From the NCBI GenBank assembly GCA_944323485.1, contig CALUSR010000001.1, positions 66,437 to 130,436 of the forward strand: a stretch of 64,000 nt of DNA. The letters are read 5' to 3'. Below are positions 1 to 9,163 of this stretch, one piece after another. A program made the translations under genes and the position numbers. The DNA comes from Candidatus Gastranaerophilales bacterium (GTDB lineage Bacteria > Cyanobacteriota > Vampirovibrionia > Gastranaerophilales > CAJFVJ01). Each line of letters begins with the position of its first letter. The first letter of the stretch is position 1. A model generated the notes under the pieces. It saw only the letters and a list, made by a program, of their open reading frames with translations, was not told where the DNA came from and ran no database searches.

Positions 1-279
1 GGCAAAGTGATGTCCGAACAAAACCCACTTGTTCGTGGGAACATAATCATTCCCATCAGCCATGGTTGTAGCGGGAGTAAGATTCTCTTTTTTAAGTGCG
101 AGAACTTTTGCCGCAAGAAAAGCTGCATAATAACGGTAAGATATTGAATATATACACACGGCAGCAATCAACAACCATAGAGCGCTGATTTTTTCCTGAG
201 GATGAAATACCCCGACAACAACCCCGAGAGCATAAGCCCCTATAAAACTGACTATAAGCCAAAAAACTTTCTTTATCAT
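1..279 (-). CDS. cstA: carbon starvation protein CstA, N-terminal 93 codons (gene runs off the left edge)
   Basis: Edge-truncated, so absent from the ORF track. The minus-strand ATG at 279-277 reads MIKKVFWLIVSF...YRYYAAFLAAKVLALKKENLTPATTMADGNDYVPTNKWVLFGHHFA with no stop to position 1. The YR(F/Y)Y...DYVPT..K.VLFGHHFA block is the characteristic CstA N-terminus. Confidence 0.8.
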   Translation of the reverse strand, partial: MIKKVFWLIVSFIGAYALGVVVGVFHPQEKISALWLLIAAVCIYSISYRYYAAFLAAKVLALKKENLTPATTMADGNDYVPTNKWVLFGHHFA

Positions 280-298
280 AAAAAATTACCCCGCATAA

Positions 299-1288
299 TT
301 ATTTTGAAAATCCACCCGGATGTTTTTTGTGCCATTTCCATGCGGTAGAAATAATCTCCTCCAAATCAGTATAAACATGTGTCCATCCCAAAACCTTCCT
401 CGCTTTACTACTTGATGCAACAAGTTTTGCCGGGTCACCGGCTCTCCTTGGAGATATAACAGCGGGAATATTATGAGCACTCACTTTTCTTGCAGCTTCA
501 ATAACTTCTTTTACACTAAAGCCGACTCCGTTTCCGAGATTGAAAATATCACTGCCGCCGCCATTTTCAAGATATTTCAATGAAAGAATATGCGCCTGAG
601 CAAGGTCGGTAACATGGATATAATCTCTCACGCATGTCCCGTCTTTTGTATCATAGTCATCTCCGAATATGTTTATTACCTCTCTTTTCCCGTTAGGAAC
701 CTGTAAAATCAAAGGGATAAGATGACTCTCAGGACTGTGGTCTTCTCCTATTTCTCCGTTTATATGAGCACCGCAGGCATTAAAATATCGAAGAGAAACA
801 AATCTAAGATTATGCGCAGCAGATACCCATTTGAACATCCTCTCCATCGACAGCTTTGTTTCACCATATGTGTTTGTCGGTAAAGTATTATCCTCTTCGA
901 GTATCGGAATATTCTCAGGTTCTCCGTAGACAGCTGCCGTAGAAGAAAAAACTATCTTGTTTATATTATGCTCAACCATAGATTTCAACAGAACCATGGT
1001 TCCATAAAGATTGTTGTCATAATATTTCAGAGGATTGACCATACTTTCTCCAACAAGCGAGCTTGCAGCAAAGTGAATAACCGAGTCAATTTCCTCTTTT
1101 TTGAACAAAGCATCCAAAAATTCTTTATCCCTGATATCACCCTTGTAAAATCTTGCTTTCTTATGAACGGCTTCCTCATGACCTGTCATCAGATTATCAA
1201 CAACAACGACATCCTCTCCCGAGTCAATAAGCTCATAAACAGTGTGGGAACCTATATATCCTGCACCGCCCAAAACAAGTACGGTCAT
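299..1288 (-). CDS. galE: UDP-glucose 4-epimerase
   Basis: 329 aa. N-terminal Rossmann motif VLGGAGYIGSH, catalytic YGETK (YxxxK), and full-length resemblance to GalE. Confidence 0.9.
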   Translation of the reverse strand: MTVLVLGGAGYIGSHTVYELIDSGEDVVVVDNLMTGHEEAVHKKARFYKGDIRDKEFLDALFKKEEIDSVIHFAASSLVGESMVNPLKYYDNNLYGTMVLLKSMVEHNINKIVFSSTAAVYGEPENIPILEEDNTLPTNTYGETKLSMERMFKWVSAAHNLRFVSLRYFNACGAHINGEIGEDHSPESHLIPLILQVPNGKREVINIFGDDYDTKDGTCVRDYIHVTDLAQAHILSLKYLENGGGSDIFNLGNGVGFSVKEVIEAARKVSAHNIPAVISPRRAGDPAKLVASSSKARKVLGWTHVYTDLEEIISTAWKWHKKHPGGFSK

Positions 1289-1380
1289 AGTTACCTCTTT
1301 CTCTTATCTTATTCTGATATTTATTTTATTCTTTTTTCGCAATCCTGCCCATAAATTATAATTTCTTCAAAAAACTCGAA

Positions 1381-1401
1381 GCGGGCATATAAAATGCCCG
1401 C
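1381..1401 (-). terminator. rho-independent terminator downstream of 1422..1802
   Basis: GCGGGCAT-ATAAA-ATGCCCGC hairpin, followed on the minus strand by TTCGAGTTTTTT. Confidence 0.6.
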
Positions 1402-1421
1402 CCGAAACATAAATAAAAATC

Positions 1422-1802
1422 TTAATGGCAATGACCGCAGGAATGTCCTTCTCCATGACCGTGTTCATGATGGTGTGAACAATTTGCATCGGATATCTTC
1501 GGTAGTGTTCCCTGTATAAATCTTGCTACAGCTTCATCGGCATCACCCTGTACTCCTGCATAAAGTTCTATACCGTATTCTGCAAGAGCAGCAACAGCAC
1601 ATCCGCCTACTCCTCCGCAGATAAGAACATCAACTTTTATATTATTTAATAAATCAGCCAGTGCACTATGACCGCTGCCGTTTGAGCCGACAATTTCCGT
1701 TTCTGTAACTTTCTTATCCTGAACGGTATAAACCTTGAACTGCTCGCAGTGCCCAAAATGCTGAAAAACCTGTCCGTTATCATAAGTTACTGCTATTTTC
1801 AT
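1422..1802 (-). CDS. NifB/NifX-family (FeMo-cofactor biosynthesis domain-like) protein with a His/Cys-rich C-terminal tail
   Basis: 126 aa. MKIAV...QVFQHFGHCEQFKVY... layout typical of the NifB/NifX/DUF-type family. The tail is CSHHHEHGHGEGHSCGHCH. Confidence 0.6.
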   Translation of the reverse strand: MKIAVTYDNGQVFQHFGHCEQFKVYTVQDKKVTETEIVGSNGSGHSALADLLNNIKVDVLICGGVGGCAVAALAEYGIELYAGVQGDADEAVARFIQGTLPKISDANCSHHHEHGHGEGHSCGHCH

Positions 1803-1855
1803 ATCTAAATTCCTCTTTATCTAAAATAAATCAATACAATTATGATACTACAAAA

Positions 1856-3046
1856 CTATTGTAAAGGCGGCTTCAAAAATTTTATACTCCCTGCTTTGGT
1901 ATTGATGAGTTTTACTCTGAAAAATGTTTCAAGCTCTCGAAAATTACTCTCCCATCGACCATGTTTTTCTATAAAATCATTGCAGGCGCAAACAATATCT
2001 TCTCTCATATTCGCTTCTTTCAGATATTTTTTGCACAAATCTCTCGCGTCATAAGGCGAGTTATACATAGGAATATCAACGAAATCTTTTGTTTGCTCCT
2101 TCAACAGCGAGGAATAAGACGAAATCAACATACCGCTTGTTGCCATAATATCATATACCCTCCAGGGAAACGCATAGCCTCTTGTCTGGGGATGAGAGAT
2201 GCTCAAACATATCTTCGATTCATTGTAAACATCCTGATTGTGTTTCAGTGAAAATTTCGGAGTGCTGTCATAAGCAGACATCAACGCAATATTATTATCT
2301 TCGCCATCCCGCCAGCCTACACCGTACAAATTCAAACCGAGATCAAGAAGAGAAGAGAGAACATAGTTTCTCCAGTCAAATATCTGGGCTATATCATGTT
2401 TTGTACAGGTCAAATCAGGACAAAACTCCTTCAACAATTCTTCATAATCATAAGACCCGCTGCTCCAGTGTTTTTTTAGCATTTTGTAAATATTTGGCTT
2501 GTTTTCAGTAAGATAGTTTCTGATATTCTCACTCACTGTTTGCAGAAACTTCGTTCCGATAAAAGAAATATTCTTGTTTTTTTCTTTTTCTTCCCTCCTG
2601 CATGAGGTTGCTATTTTGATGGTACAAATTTTTTCCAGAGAAAATCCCATTTCACCATATACATTCTCCCAATTCTCATAGTGAGTCACCATGAAATATC
2701 TTTCAATATATTTGGATATACAATCTTTTGATGAAAATAAATAACTTGAATCAGCATCAAACAAACCGACAGGACAATTTGTGTTTTCAAGGACACACTC
2801 AAAAATTTGGTTATTAAACGCTATTATCAAGTCAGGATTAAATTTTCTTACTTCTTCAACAAGAAAATCCTCATGCTCTTTTGCATAAGACCTGAAATAA
2901 GCATCAGTAAACAAAATTCTGTTGAGTATCAACACCTCATTTCCAAATTTTTTGAGTTCTTCTGCAAAAGATTCATAATAACAGATAATATTATCTGAAC
3001 TGTCGCCTATCAACGGCTGCCAAAAAGATACAAGAATTCTCGCCAT
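1856..3046 (-). CDS. glycosyltransferase-like protein (CgeB/DUF3880-like)
   Basis: 396 aa, no signal peptide. The C-terminal block ...NESKICLSISHPQTRGYAFPWRVYDIMATSGMLISS... resembles the CgeB-type glycosyltransferase C-terminal domain. The call rests on recall only. Confidence 0.4.
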   Translation of the reverse strand: MARILVSFWQPLIGDSSDNIICYYESFAEELKKFGNEVLILNRILFTDAYFRSYAKEHEDFLVEEVRKFNPDLIIAFNNQIFECVLENTNCPVGLFDADSSYLFSSKDCISKYIERYFMVTHYENWENVYGEMGFSLEKICTIKIATSCRREEKEKNKNISFIGTKFLQTVSENIRNYLTENKPNIYKMLKKHWSSGSYDYEELLKEFCPDLTCTKHDIAQIFDWRNYVLSSLLDLGLNLYGVGWRDGEDNNIALMSAYDSTPKFSLKHNQDVYNESKICLSISHPQTRGYAFPWRVYDIMATSGMLISSYSSLLKEQTKDFVDIPMYNSPYDARDLCKKYLKEANMREDIVCACNDFIEKHGRWESNFRELETFFRVKLINTKAGSIKFLKPPLQ

Positions 3047-3051
3047 AGCAC

Positions 3052-4038
3052 TTACCTGTTGTTATCCGATAATTTTACATCAGTGAGTCTTTTTACGGTT
3101 TCAGAATAAAAACCTTTTTCTTTCAAATAAAATTCAAAAAATGTAGGGATATCATTCCTCTCAGGCAGAAGCCCCCAGGTCAAAAATATCTCCCCGCAAA
3201 AACATCTTTTAAAAGGGCATATAACCGTATCCCCCCCCCCGAGCCATTTTACGTCATCCGAATCCGTAAATGGCGTATCAATATTCACTTTAATCCCGTT
3301 GCAGGCTGTGCATCTTCTTCCGTTCCAATAATAAACAAGCGACCATCTGCCTGCCATACAAGGTTTATTTTCTTCTTTGTCAAAAAATATATTGCGTTGA
3401 ATATCAAGCTCTTTTGCCTCAAAAACATCAACTATTTTTTTATGCACTTCTTCATTATAAAAATCAAACGGCATCCAGTTTTTATCTTTGTCGAGAGCAA
3501 TTGTTATATTCGGCAAAAGCCCTGTTTTCGAAAGGCATACTTCTTTAATCTCTTCAAGAACAGGCATATATTTTTCATATACGGTTAAATCCATATGAAA
3601 TGAAACTCCTGCCTCTTTGCATCTTTGAAGGTTGTTGAAATATTCATCAAGGAGATTTTTCTTTTTCAATTCAAGATAGTGCAGACTCGCATGAATAATC
3701 AGCCTGCTTTTTAACGCCTCAGGCAGTGAAAGAAGTTTTTTCAAATTTTTTGAATATGTCAAATTTGTCACGACATTGACAACATGCCCTTCTTCAAGGA
3801 ATAACTTTATCGCTTCAATATTTTCGTCACACAAAAGGGTTTCGCCCAAAGTAACAAAGTTGAAAAAAGCGCACCCGCCTAATGCTTTTTTTGAAAAAGT
3901 TCTCATCAGCTCTTTTGGAGTGCAGAATTTTTTATCCGGCTTGGGGGAATCAAGATAACAATACTCGCATTTCAAATTGCAGAAATAATTTCCCGCACAA
4001 AAAAATACAACTCTTTTTATCTTATCTTCTTTAAGCAT
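3052..4038 (-). CDS. radical SAM protein (paralogue 1), contains a G10 tract
   Basis: 328 aa. CNLKCEYC (Cx3Cx2C) near the N-terminus and extra C-terminal Cys residues (CTAC, CPFKRCFC). Paralogous to the adjacent ORF (shared GETLL, EGH.V.VVTN, HYLELKK). Confidence 0.75.
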   Translation of the reverse strand: MLKEDKIKRVVFFCAGNYFCNLKCEYCYLDSPKPDKKFCTPKELMRTFSKKALGGCAFFNFVTLGETLLCDENIEAIKLFLEEGHVVNVVTNLTYSKNLKKLLSLPEALKSRLIIHASLHYLELKKKNLLDEYFNNLQRCKEAGVSFHMDLTVYEKYMPVLEEIKEVCLSKTGLLPNITIALDKDKNWMPFDFYNEEVHKKIVDVFEAKELDIQRNIFFDKEENKPCMAGRWSLVYYWNGRRCTACNGIKVNIDTPFTDSDDVKWLGGGDTVICPFKRCFCGEIFLTWGLLPERNDIPTFFEFYLKEKGFYSETVKRLTDVKLSDNNR

Positions 4039-4040
4039 CT

Positions 4041-5111
4041 TTAAACTTTCGTTTTAAGTTCTTCAAAAGTTTCTCTCGTCTTAGCATTAATCTTCTGCTC
4101 TTCTTCTTTTGAGAACAGAGGCATATAATTTTCGTATTTGAAATTCAACAATTCTACAAGTTTTTTGTTGAACAGCTTCGGTTTATAAAGCATATCACCA
4201 TAGGAAATAACATCATCAAAATCAGGCATAATCCCCTGTGATACCAGATTATAATGAAGAGCACAGTTTCCGATACAACAGTTTGTACCGATTGCGCCGA
4301 GTTTTATTTCAGAAGAAATATCTTTGAATATATTTTGTTCGGATGGCGAATAAAAACATCTTGATATGCTGCCGTTTGATGTGTTCAAAACAAAACTCCA
4401 CTCTCCTGCATAGCAGAAGTGTTTTTTCACATCAACAGATAAAAATCTGTCAAATGTGTCGTTTATTTTTGAGCCGAATTTTTCGGTAACAATTTTTTTG
4501 AATTCACTGTTATAAAAACCGTAAGGCTGCATCTTTGCTTCCGTAAAGTCAAGAGCTGACGTACAATGAGGGAGTTCTCCGAGATTTTCAATAAACACAC
4601 TTTTTATTTCGTCAAGCAGCGGAATATATTCCTCGCAGATTACCAAAAACGGAAAGCATGAAGCCCCGGCATCAACAACTTTTTTCATATTATTGAAAAA
4701 ATCATCGAGTTTGTTCAACCGCTTCAGTTCAAGATAATGAAACGACCCCTTAACAAGCAATCTTTCAAGATGTTCAGGAGGTGTATTGTCTAATAGCTCG
4801 TCAATACGATGATTGAGCGTCATGTTTGTAACAACTTCAACAATATGCCCTTCTGCAAGAAGCCCTTTGATAAAAGGAACGACATCAGGATGGAGCAGGG
4901 TTTCTCCGCCTCCTATGACAATAATATCCGCAATACCTCCCAAACGCTGTTTTGATAAAGCATTCAGCATATAATCAACGGAATAACGAAAATATGAAGG
5001 CTGATTTTTTTCTTCAACTCCCTGTTTTTTTCTGTAGCAGTACCCGCAATCGAAGTTGCAAGAAGTACCGGAAATACATGCGGTTATTGTATATCGAACT
5101 TTCTCAGACAT
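4041..5111 (-). CDS. radical SAM protein (paralogue 2)
   Basis: 356 aa. CNFDCGYC (Cx3Cx2C), GGGETLLHP, and a C-terminal Cys cluster (CCIGNC). Confidence 0.75.
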   Translation of the reverse strand: MSEKVRYTITACISGTSCNFDCGYCYRKKQGVEEKNQPSYFRYSVDYMLNALSKQRLGGIADIIVIGGGETLLHPDVVPFIKGLLAEGHIVEVVTNMTLNHRIDELLDNTPPEHLERLLVKGSFHYLELKRLNKLDDFFNNMKKVVDAGASCFPFLVICEEYIPLLDEIKSVFIENLGELPHCTSALDFTEAKMQPYGFYNSEFKKIVTEKFGSKINDTFDRFLSVDVKKHFCYAGEWSFVLNTSNGSISRCFYSPSEQNIFKDISSEIKLGAIGTNCCIGNCALHYNLVSQGIMPDFDDVISYGDMLYKPKLFNKKLVELLNFKYENYMPLFSKEEEQKINAKTRETFEELKTKV

Positions 5112-5172
5112 CTGATATCCATCTGTTTTTATATCCCCGTATTATTTTATCACAACAGCAGGCTTTAGCATA

Positions 5173-7929
5173 TCAATAACTCTTATATACAAGATTTTGA
5201 TTATTCAATTCAACAAATTCTTTATAAACATAAGGAATATCAACTTCTATCTTCCCGTATTTTTCATCAGGCATAAGGTTATAGTCGTTTACAAAATTCT
5301 TATCTAATGCAATGACATATTTTCCGGGGGATATTCCGGAAAAATAATAGCTGCCTTCCTCATCAACTGTTGAATATGCCACCTCAGCACCATCTTCATC
5401 ACACAAAGTAACTATGAAATCGGAAATGTTCATCTTTCTATCAAAATCATCAGAAATTTTCAGGATGCCAGAAATATTCCCGACAGAACTTCTGAGAGGA
5501 AATTCGACACGTGTTGTTTTCTGAGGTTCAACGCAAATATTTGCTTCAGCATTTTTTTCAGCAGAGAGATTTGTATGCATATTCTCCCCGTCCAGTTTAA
5601 CTTCATAGATTCCTTTCTCCACACATTGAAGAGGACAAAAACCGCTTCGTTTTGTCTTAATTGATTCGTTCTGCCAGCTTACTGAAACGGGAACATTCGA
5701 GACTTTTATATCTTCTTTGTCAAATTTGCCGTTTTTATTTTTATCGATATAAGCAACAATTTCAACAAATCCCTGATTTGGAGAACTAGACCCTATTGAC
5801 TGCAGACCGTTTTGAGAAAAAGCAAAAGTATCATTGAGCGTGAAATTTATTGAATGTCTTGCATTTGATGGGATGTACATGTTGTTGAAAATATATCCCA
5901 TAGCGGTATTATACTGATAATTCACACTCATAATCATTCCTGATTTTGTCCGGTATCCTAATGCCCCGCTGTAAGTGCAGCCGCCATCAAGTCCTGAATA
6001 TTTGTATCCGATGCCAAATCCAATCAAAACTCTTTTGAATTCAGGGAAACGGTAGTTCAGTTTTATCATATTGTAATTGTTTGAAGCCCCGCCTGACTCA
6101 TAGCTGACGTTATCATGTCCGAGTGTCAGCACGCCTTTATTTTTGGGAAGTCTATAATTTGCACTCATATAAGCAGTATCATAAGAACTTTTAAATCCGC
6201 TGTTAAAAGAGTTATTATCAGAATACTCGGTATTATACGCATTATTCATATATCCGGCTTCTAACGACAGACGCTGCCTGAAACTTCTTGATAAGTTGAA
6301 ATTATAATAATAATTCAGATTATCTCCAATGCCGTTCTCTCCATAGCGCAGATTACCATTAAGTCTTGCACGTGCAAGATTGAATATTTTCATACCGGAG
6401 TTGAAATACAGCTCATCAAAAGATGTCAACCCACCTCTATATCTCTTATCAAGATTGGAATAATACCTTGTATAACGCATATTTGCATTCAGATTCTCTC
6501 TTGAATAATTTGCCCCAATTTCTGCCCCTATTCTATCGCTGATAAAACCCGAATCAGATCCTGCGACATAATAATCAGGCGACTGCTGGTATAATCGAAG
6601 TTTGAAAGTGTAGTTTTTGTAGTCAAATATATTCTCAAGCGACAAGGAATACCCGGGAGAATATTCACCGTTGTTATAATTAAAATCTCTCGAAGCAGAT
6701 ACCCCGCCGAGTAAATTTAGGTGGTAATTCTTATTTTTGTAAAGATTTAACGTATTGATAATACTCAAACCCTCCATTGTATTCGGATTTCTATAGACCC
6801 CAGATGAAAGAAGCGAATAGTCGTTATAGAGGTTTGTAATAAATATCGCATCATCATTCTTCCGGATAATTTTATCAAAAACAACTTTCGTATCCAGAAT
6901 CATGTCATTTTTGATGCCGTATCGGCGGTTTATCCCGCCGACAAGTTTTTTTGAATTCATCTGATATATATAACCGTTTGAACTGAAAAGACGGTTATTA
7001 TATCCTGATACCCCCGCAAAAATGCGGTGTTGAACGTCACCTTTTTCGAGAAAGATTTTTTCTTCCGTTTGATTATCTTTTTTCTTTTCATATTCGTCAT
7101 AGTCAGAAAGCTGAGCACCTATGAGCATTGTACCGATTGAATTATAATCATCTCTCAGCCCTGATACCTGCCCTAGTTCATAAAAAAAATCTTTGATTTT
7201 GTTTCGATAAGAAAAACTTAACCCGCCAAAAGAAAACAACTCTTGAGTATAATTATTTGTATTGAAATTCAGAGCATAATCCCCGCCGCAGATTTTACCC
7301 TTCAGTCCCATTCTTGTATTGTTGTTGAACATAACATTATTCTGCGCAGTGTTCAAATACACCTGCTTTGTCGAGTCACTCATCATTGAGTTGTTAACTT
7401 CAAATGTATCAAATGATACTCGTCCCTTTGGTTTCGGTTTTAGAATTTCTTTCTGTTCTTCAACACTTTCCCCGCCTTTACCTGTAAGAGTTATGAGATG
7501 CTTATTTTCAACTCTTACACTCAAAGAATTCGAGTCAACATCAACATCAGATTCAAATATTTTTGATGCTGTCGTTTTATCAATAAAATATTCATCACTC
7601 CCAAGAATACCCTCTTTCTGAAAAATCGGCGAAGACAAAATTTTGACCCCGTTCATAAACACACCCTCTTTTGATACCAGAACCTCCTTGCCAGAGTAAG
7701 TCAAAAACCTGATTTCTTTTGAAGAATGGTTGATTGTAACCGGTATCTCAAGAATTTTTGAAGTTTGTTTTACCGGAATGAAAACCCTGTTTGATGAATC
7801 CATAAAAACTTCTATATCACAATATTCAGACTCATTCAGGACAAGAGAACTCACCGTCGATGATTCAGACTGTGCATAAGCACCGCATACACAACAAAGC
7901 AGAAGTAAGATGGTAAGTAAAAATTTCAT
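5173..7929 (-). CDS. large secreted outer-membrane protein, usher-like architecture
   Basis: 918 aa. Signal peptide MKFLLTILLLLCCVCGAYAQ, then a soluble N-terminal region. A long Asn/Tyr/Gly/Ser-rich segment is typical of OM beta-barrels. Two C-terminal beta-sandwich-like segments follow (GIYEVKLDGENM; EEGSYYFSGISPGKYVIALD). It lies immediately downstream of the subunit and chaperone genes. Confidence 0.4.
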   Translation of the reverse strand: MKFLLTILLLLCCVCGAYAQSESSTVSSLVLNESEYCDIEVFMDSSNRVFIPVKQTSKILEIPVTINHSSKEIRFLTYSGKEVLVSKEGVFMNGVKILSSPIFQKEGILGSDEYFIDKTTASKIFESDVDVDSNSLSVRVENKHLITLTGKGGESVEEQKEILKPKPKGRVSFDTFEVNNSMMSDSTKQVYLNTAQNNVMFNNNTRMGLKGKICGGDYALNFNTNNYTQELFSFGGLSFSYRNKIKDFFYELGQVSGLRDDYNSIGTMLIGAQLSDYDEYEKKKDNQTEEKIFLEKGDVQHRIFAGVSGYNNRLFSSNGYIYQMNSKKLVGGINRRYGIKNDMILDTKVVFDKIIRKNDDAIFITNLYNDYSLLSSGVYRNPNTMEGLSIINTLNLYKNKNYHLNLLGGVSASRDFNYNNGEYSPGYSLSLENIFDYKNYTFKLRLYQQSPDYYVAGSDSGFISDRIGAEIGANYSRENLNANMRYTRYYSNLDKRYRGGLTSFDELYFNSGMKIFNLARARLNGNLRYGENGIGDNLNYYYNFNLSRSFRQRLSLEAGYMNNAYNTEYSDNNSFNSGFKSSYDTAYMSANYRLPKNKGVLTLGHDNVSYESGGASNNYNMIKLNYRFPEFKRVLIGFGIGYKYSGLDGGCTYSGALGYRTKSGMIMSVNYQYNTAMGYIFNNMYIPSNARHSINFTLNDTFAFSQNGLQSIGSSSPNQGFVEIVAYIDKNKNGKFDKEDIKVSNVPVSVSWQNESIKTKRSGFCPLQCVEKGIYEVKLDGENMHTNLSAEKNAEANICVEPQKTTRVEFPLRSSVGNISGILKISDDFDRKMNISDFIVTLCDEDGAEVAYSTVDEEGSYYFSGISPGKYVIALDKNFVNDYNLMPDEKYGKIEVDIPYVYKEFVELNNQNLVYKSY

Positions 7930-8537
7930 CAGGGTTTTCTGTAAATATTCAAAGTAAGTACAGCTTCATACATACCGGCTGTATCCTGCTCAATTGAGTA
8001 TGTCCGGCTTAACGGAGTATTTCCTATATACTGTGCAATTGTCATCTCTTGCTGCCCCCCGCTGAAAATCCTGCAGCAAAGTTCTCCGTTGTAGCTCTGG
8101 GGTTTGAATTCTCCTCCGCTCCAACCCACAACAGGATATGCAATTATATTCGGATTATTCTCCGGATTACCGGAAACAATATCAACAACAGCAGATGATG
8201 AAGGAAGTCTGTCTTTGTTTGCCAACATCAGATAGAGTTTGCCCCCTTTCAAAAAATAACCGTTTTTCACTCCATGAACGGTTTCTATCGAGCTTGAGAG
8301 AACAAAGTCATAAGCTGAGTCATCTCCGTTGGTTTTTATGTTAAAAACAGCATCAAGACCTGAGTGAAAACCGTTTTGAGGGTCTATTACGCTGTTATTT
8401 TTGATACCAGAAACACTTTTGACAACTGCAGCAGCCGGAACTATCGTAACAATACGGCTGTCCAATACCGCTGCACCGGAGCAAGCCGGTGCAGTCAGTA
8501 ACAATATCAAAAAAATGATAAAATTGTGCTTCATCAA
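7929..8537 (-). CDS. secreted pilin-like subunit (paralogue A)
   Basis: 202 aa with a signal peptide. Shares IDPQNG, PSSSAVVDI, PENNPNIIAYPV and C-terminal AGMYEAVLTLNIY with the neighbouring 202-aa ORF. The G.Y....TL..Y ending resembles SCPU/Csu-type archaic pilins. Confidence 0.5.
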   Translation of the reverse strand: MMKHNFIIFLILLLTAPACSGAAVLDSRIVTIVPAAAVVKSVSGIKNNSVIDPQNGFHSGLDAVFNIKTNGDDSAYDFVLSSSIETVHGVKNGYFLKGGKLYLMLANKDRLPSSSAVVDIVSGNPENNPNIIAYPVVGWSGGEFKPQSYNGELCCRIFSGGQQEMTIAQYIGNTPLSRTYSIEQDTAGMYEAVLTLNIYRKP

Positions 8538-8545
8538 ATTTTTTC

Positions 8546-9154
8546 CTATGTTGTAGTATCGGTAAGTGTGACATAAGCTTCATAAGTGCCTGCTCTGTCA
8601 TTATATGAATATGTTGACGAATCAACGGACGGGGATACCGTTGTTGTTGCCGTTGTAATACCTGGATTTACACTAAATTCATACTGATTTTTGGCACTGT
8701 TGTATTTTGTTTCAGTTGTGGTAGCGCCCCCCAACACCACACCCATAACAGGATATGCTATCGCATTCGGATTGTTTTCAGGTGTTGCAGACCCTGTTTT
8801 GATATCGGCAATTGATGAAGAGTTCGGTTTGTGATCGATATTCGAGAGAATTACATAGACATTCTCTCCCTTCTGGAAAAACGCATTGTCATATCCTGAA
8901 TTCGTATTTGTCTTCGCATGCAGGTAAAGATTCAATTTGTCATTTGCTTTAACAGTAAAAACAGATGAAAAACAGGACTCGAGATTACCTGTTTGCGGAT
9001 TGATATTCTGCTCCTGTATCTCCGTTTCTGCGCTGATGTCAACATACGACGGAAGTTTTGCCCTCAAAATCTGGGTGTCAAAGTTCTCTGCATAGGCACA
9101 CATACTTGTTGCCGAAAGCAAAAGAAGTGCTGCAAAAAGTTTCGTTTTTTTCAT
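8546..9154 (-). CDS. secreted pilin-like subunit (paralogue B)
   Basis: 202 aa. Signal peptide ending CAYA-EN. Motifs INPQTG, NSSSIADI, PENNPNAIAYPV and AGTYEAYVTLTDT are paralogous to 7929..8537. Confidence 0.5.
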   Translation of the reverse strand: MKKTKLFAALLLLSATSMCAYAENFDTQILRAKLPSYVDISAETEIQEQNINPQTGNLESCFSSVFTVKANDKLNLYLHAKTNTNSGYDNAFFQKGENVYVILSNIDHKPNSSSIADIKTGSATPENNPNAIAYPVMGVVLGGATTTETKYNSAKNQYEFSVNPGITTATTTVSPSVDSSTYSYNDRAGTYEAYVTLTDTTT

Positions 9155-9163
9155 TTTTCCTCC

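Noticed and set aside
7929-8537. Lipoprotein status for the pilin-like subunit (Cys in LLTAPACSG)
   Set aside because: The residues before the Cys (A-P-A) do not fit a lipobox well, since no Leu/Val/Ile is at -3. A type I signal peptidase site is equally plausible.
8395-8625. A 76-aa ORF spanning the junction of the two pilin-like genes, and ORFs 11565..11816 and 11710..11898 antisense to 11515..12246
   Set aside because: They overlap signal-peptide-bearing paralogous genes that have clear starts and SD sequences. They show no independent support.
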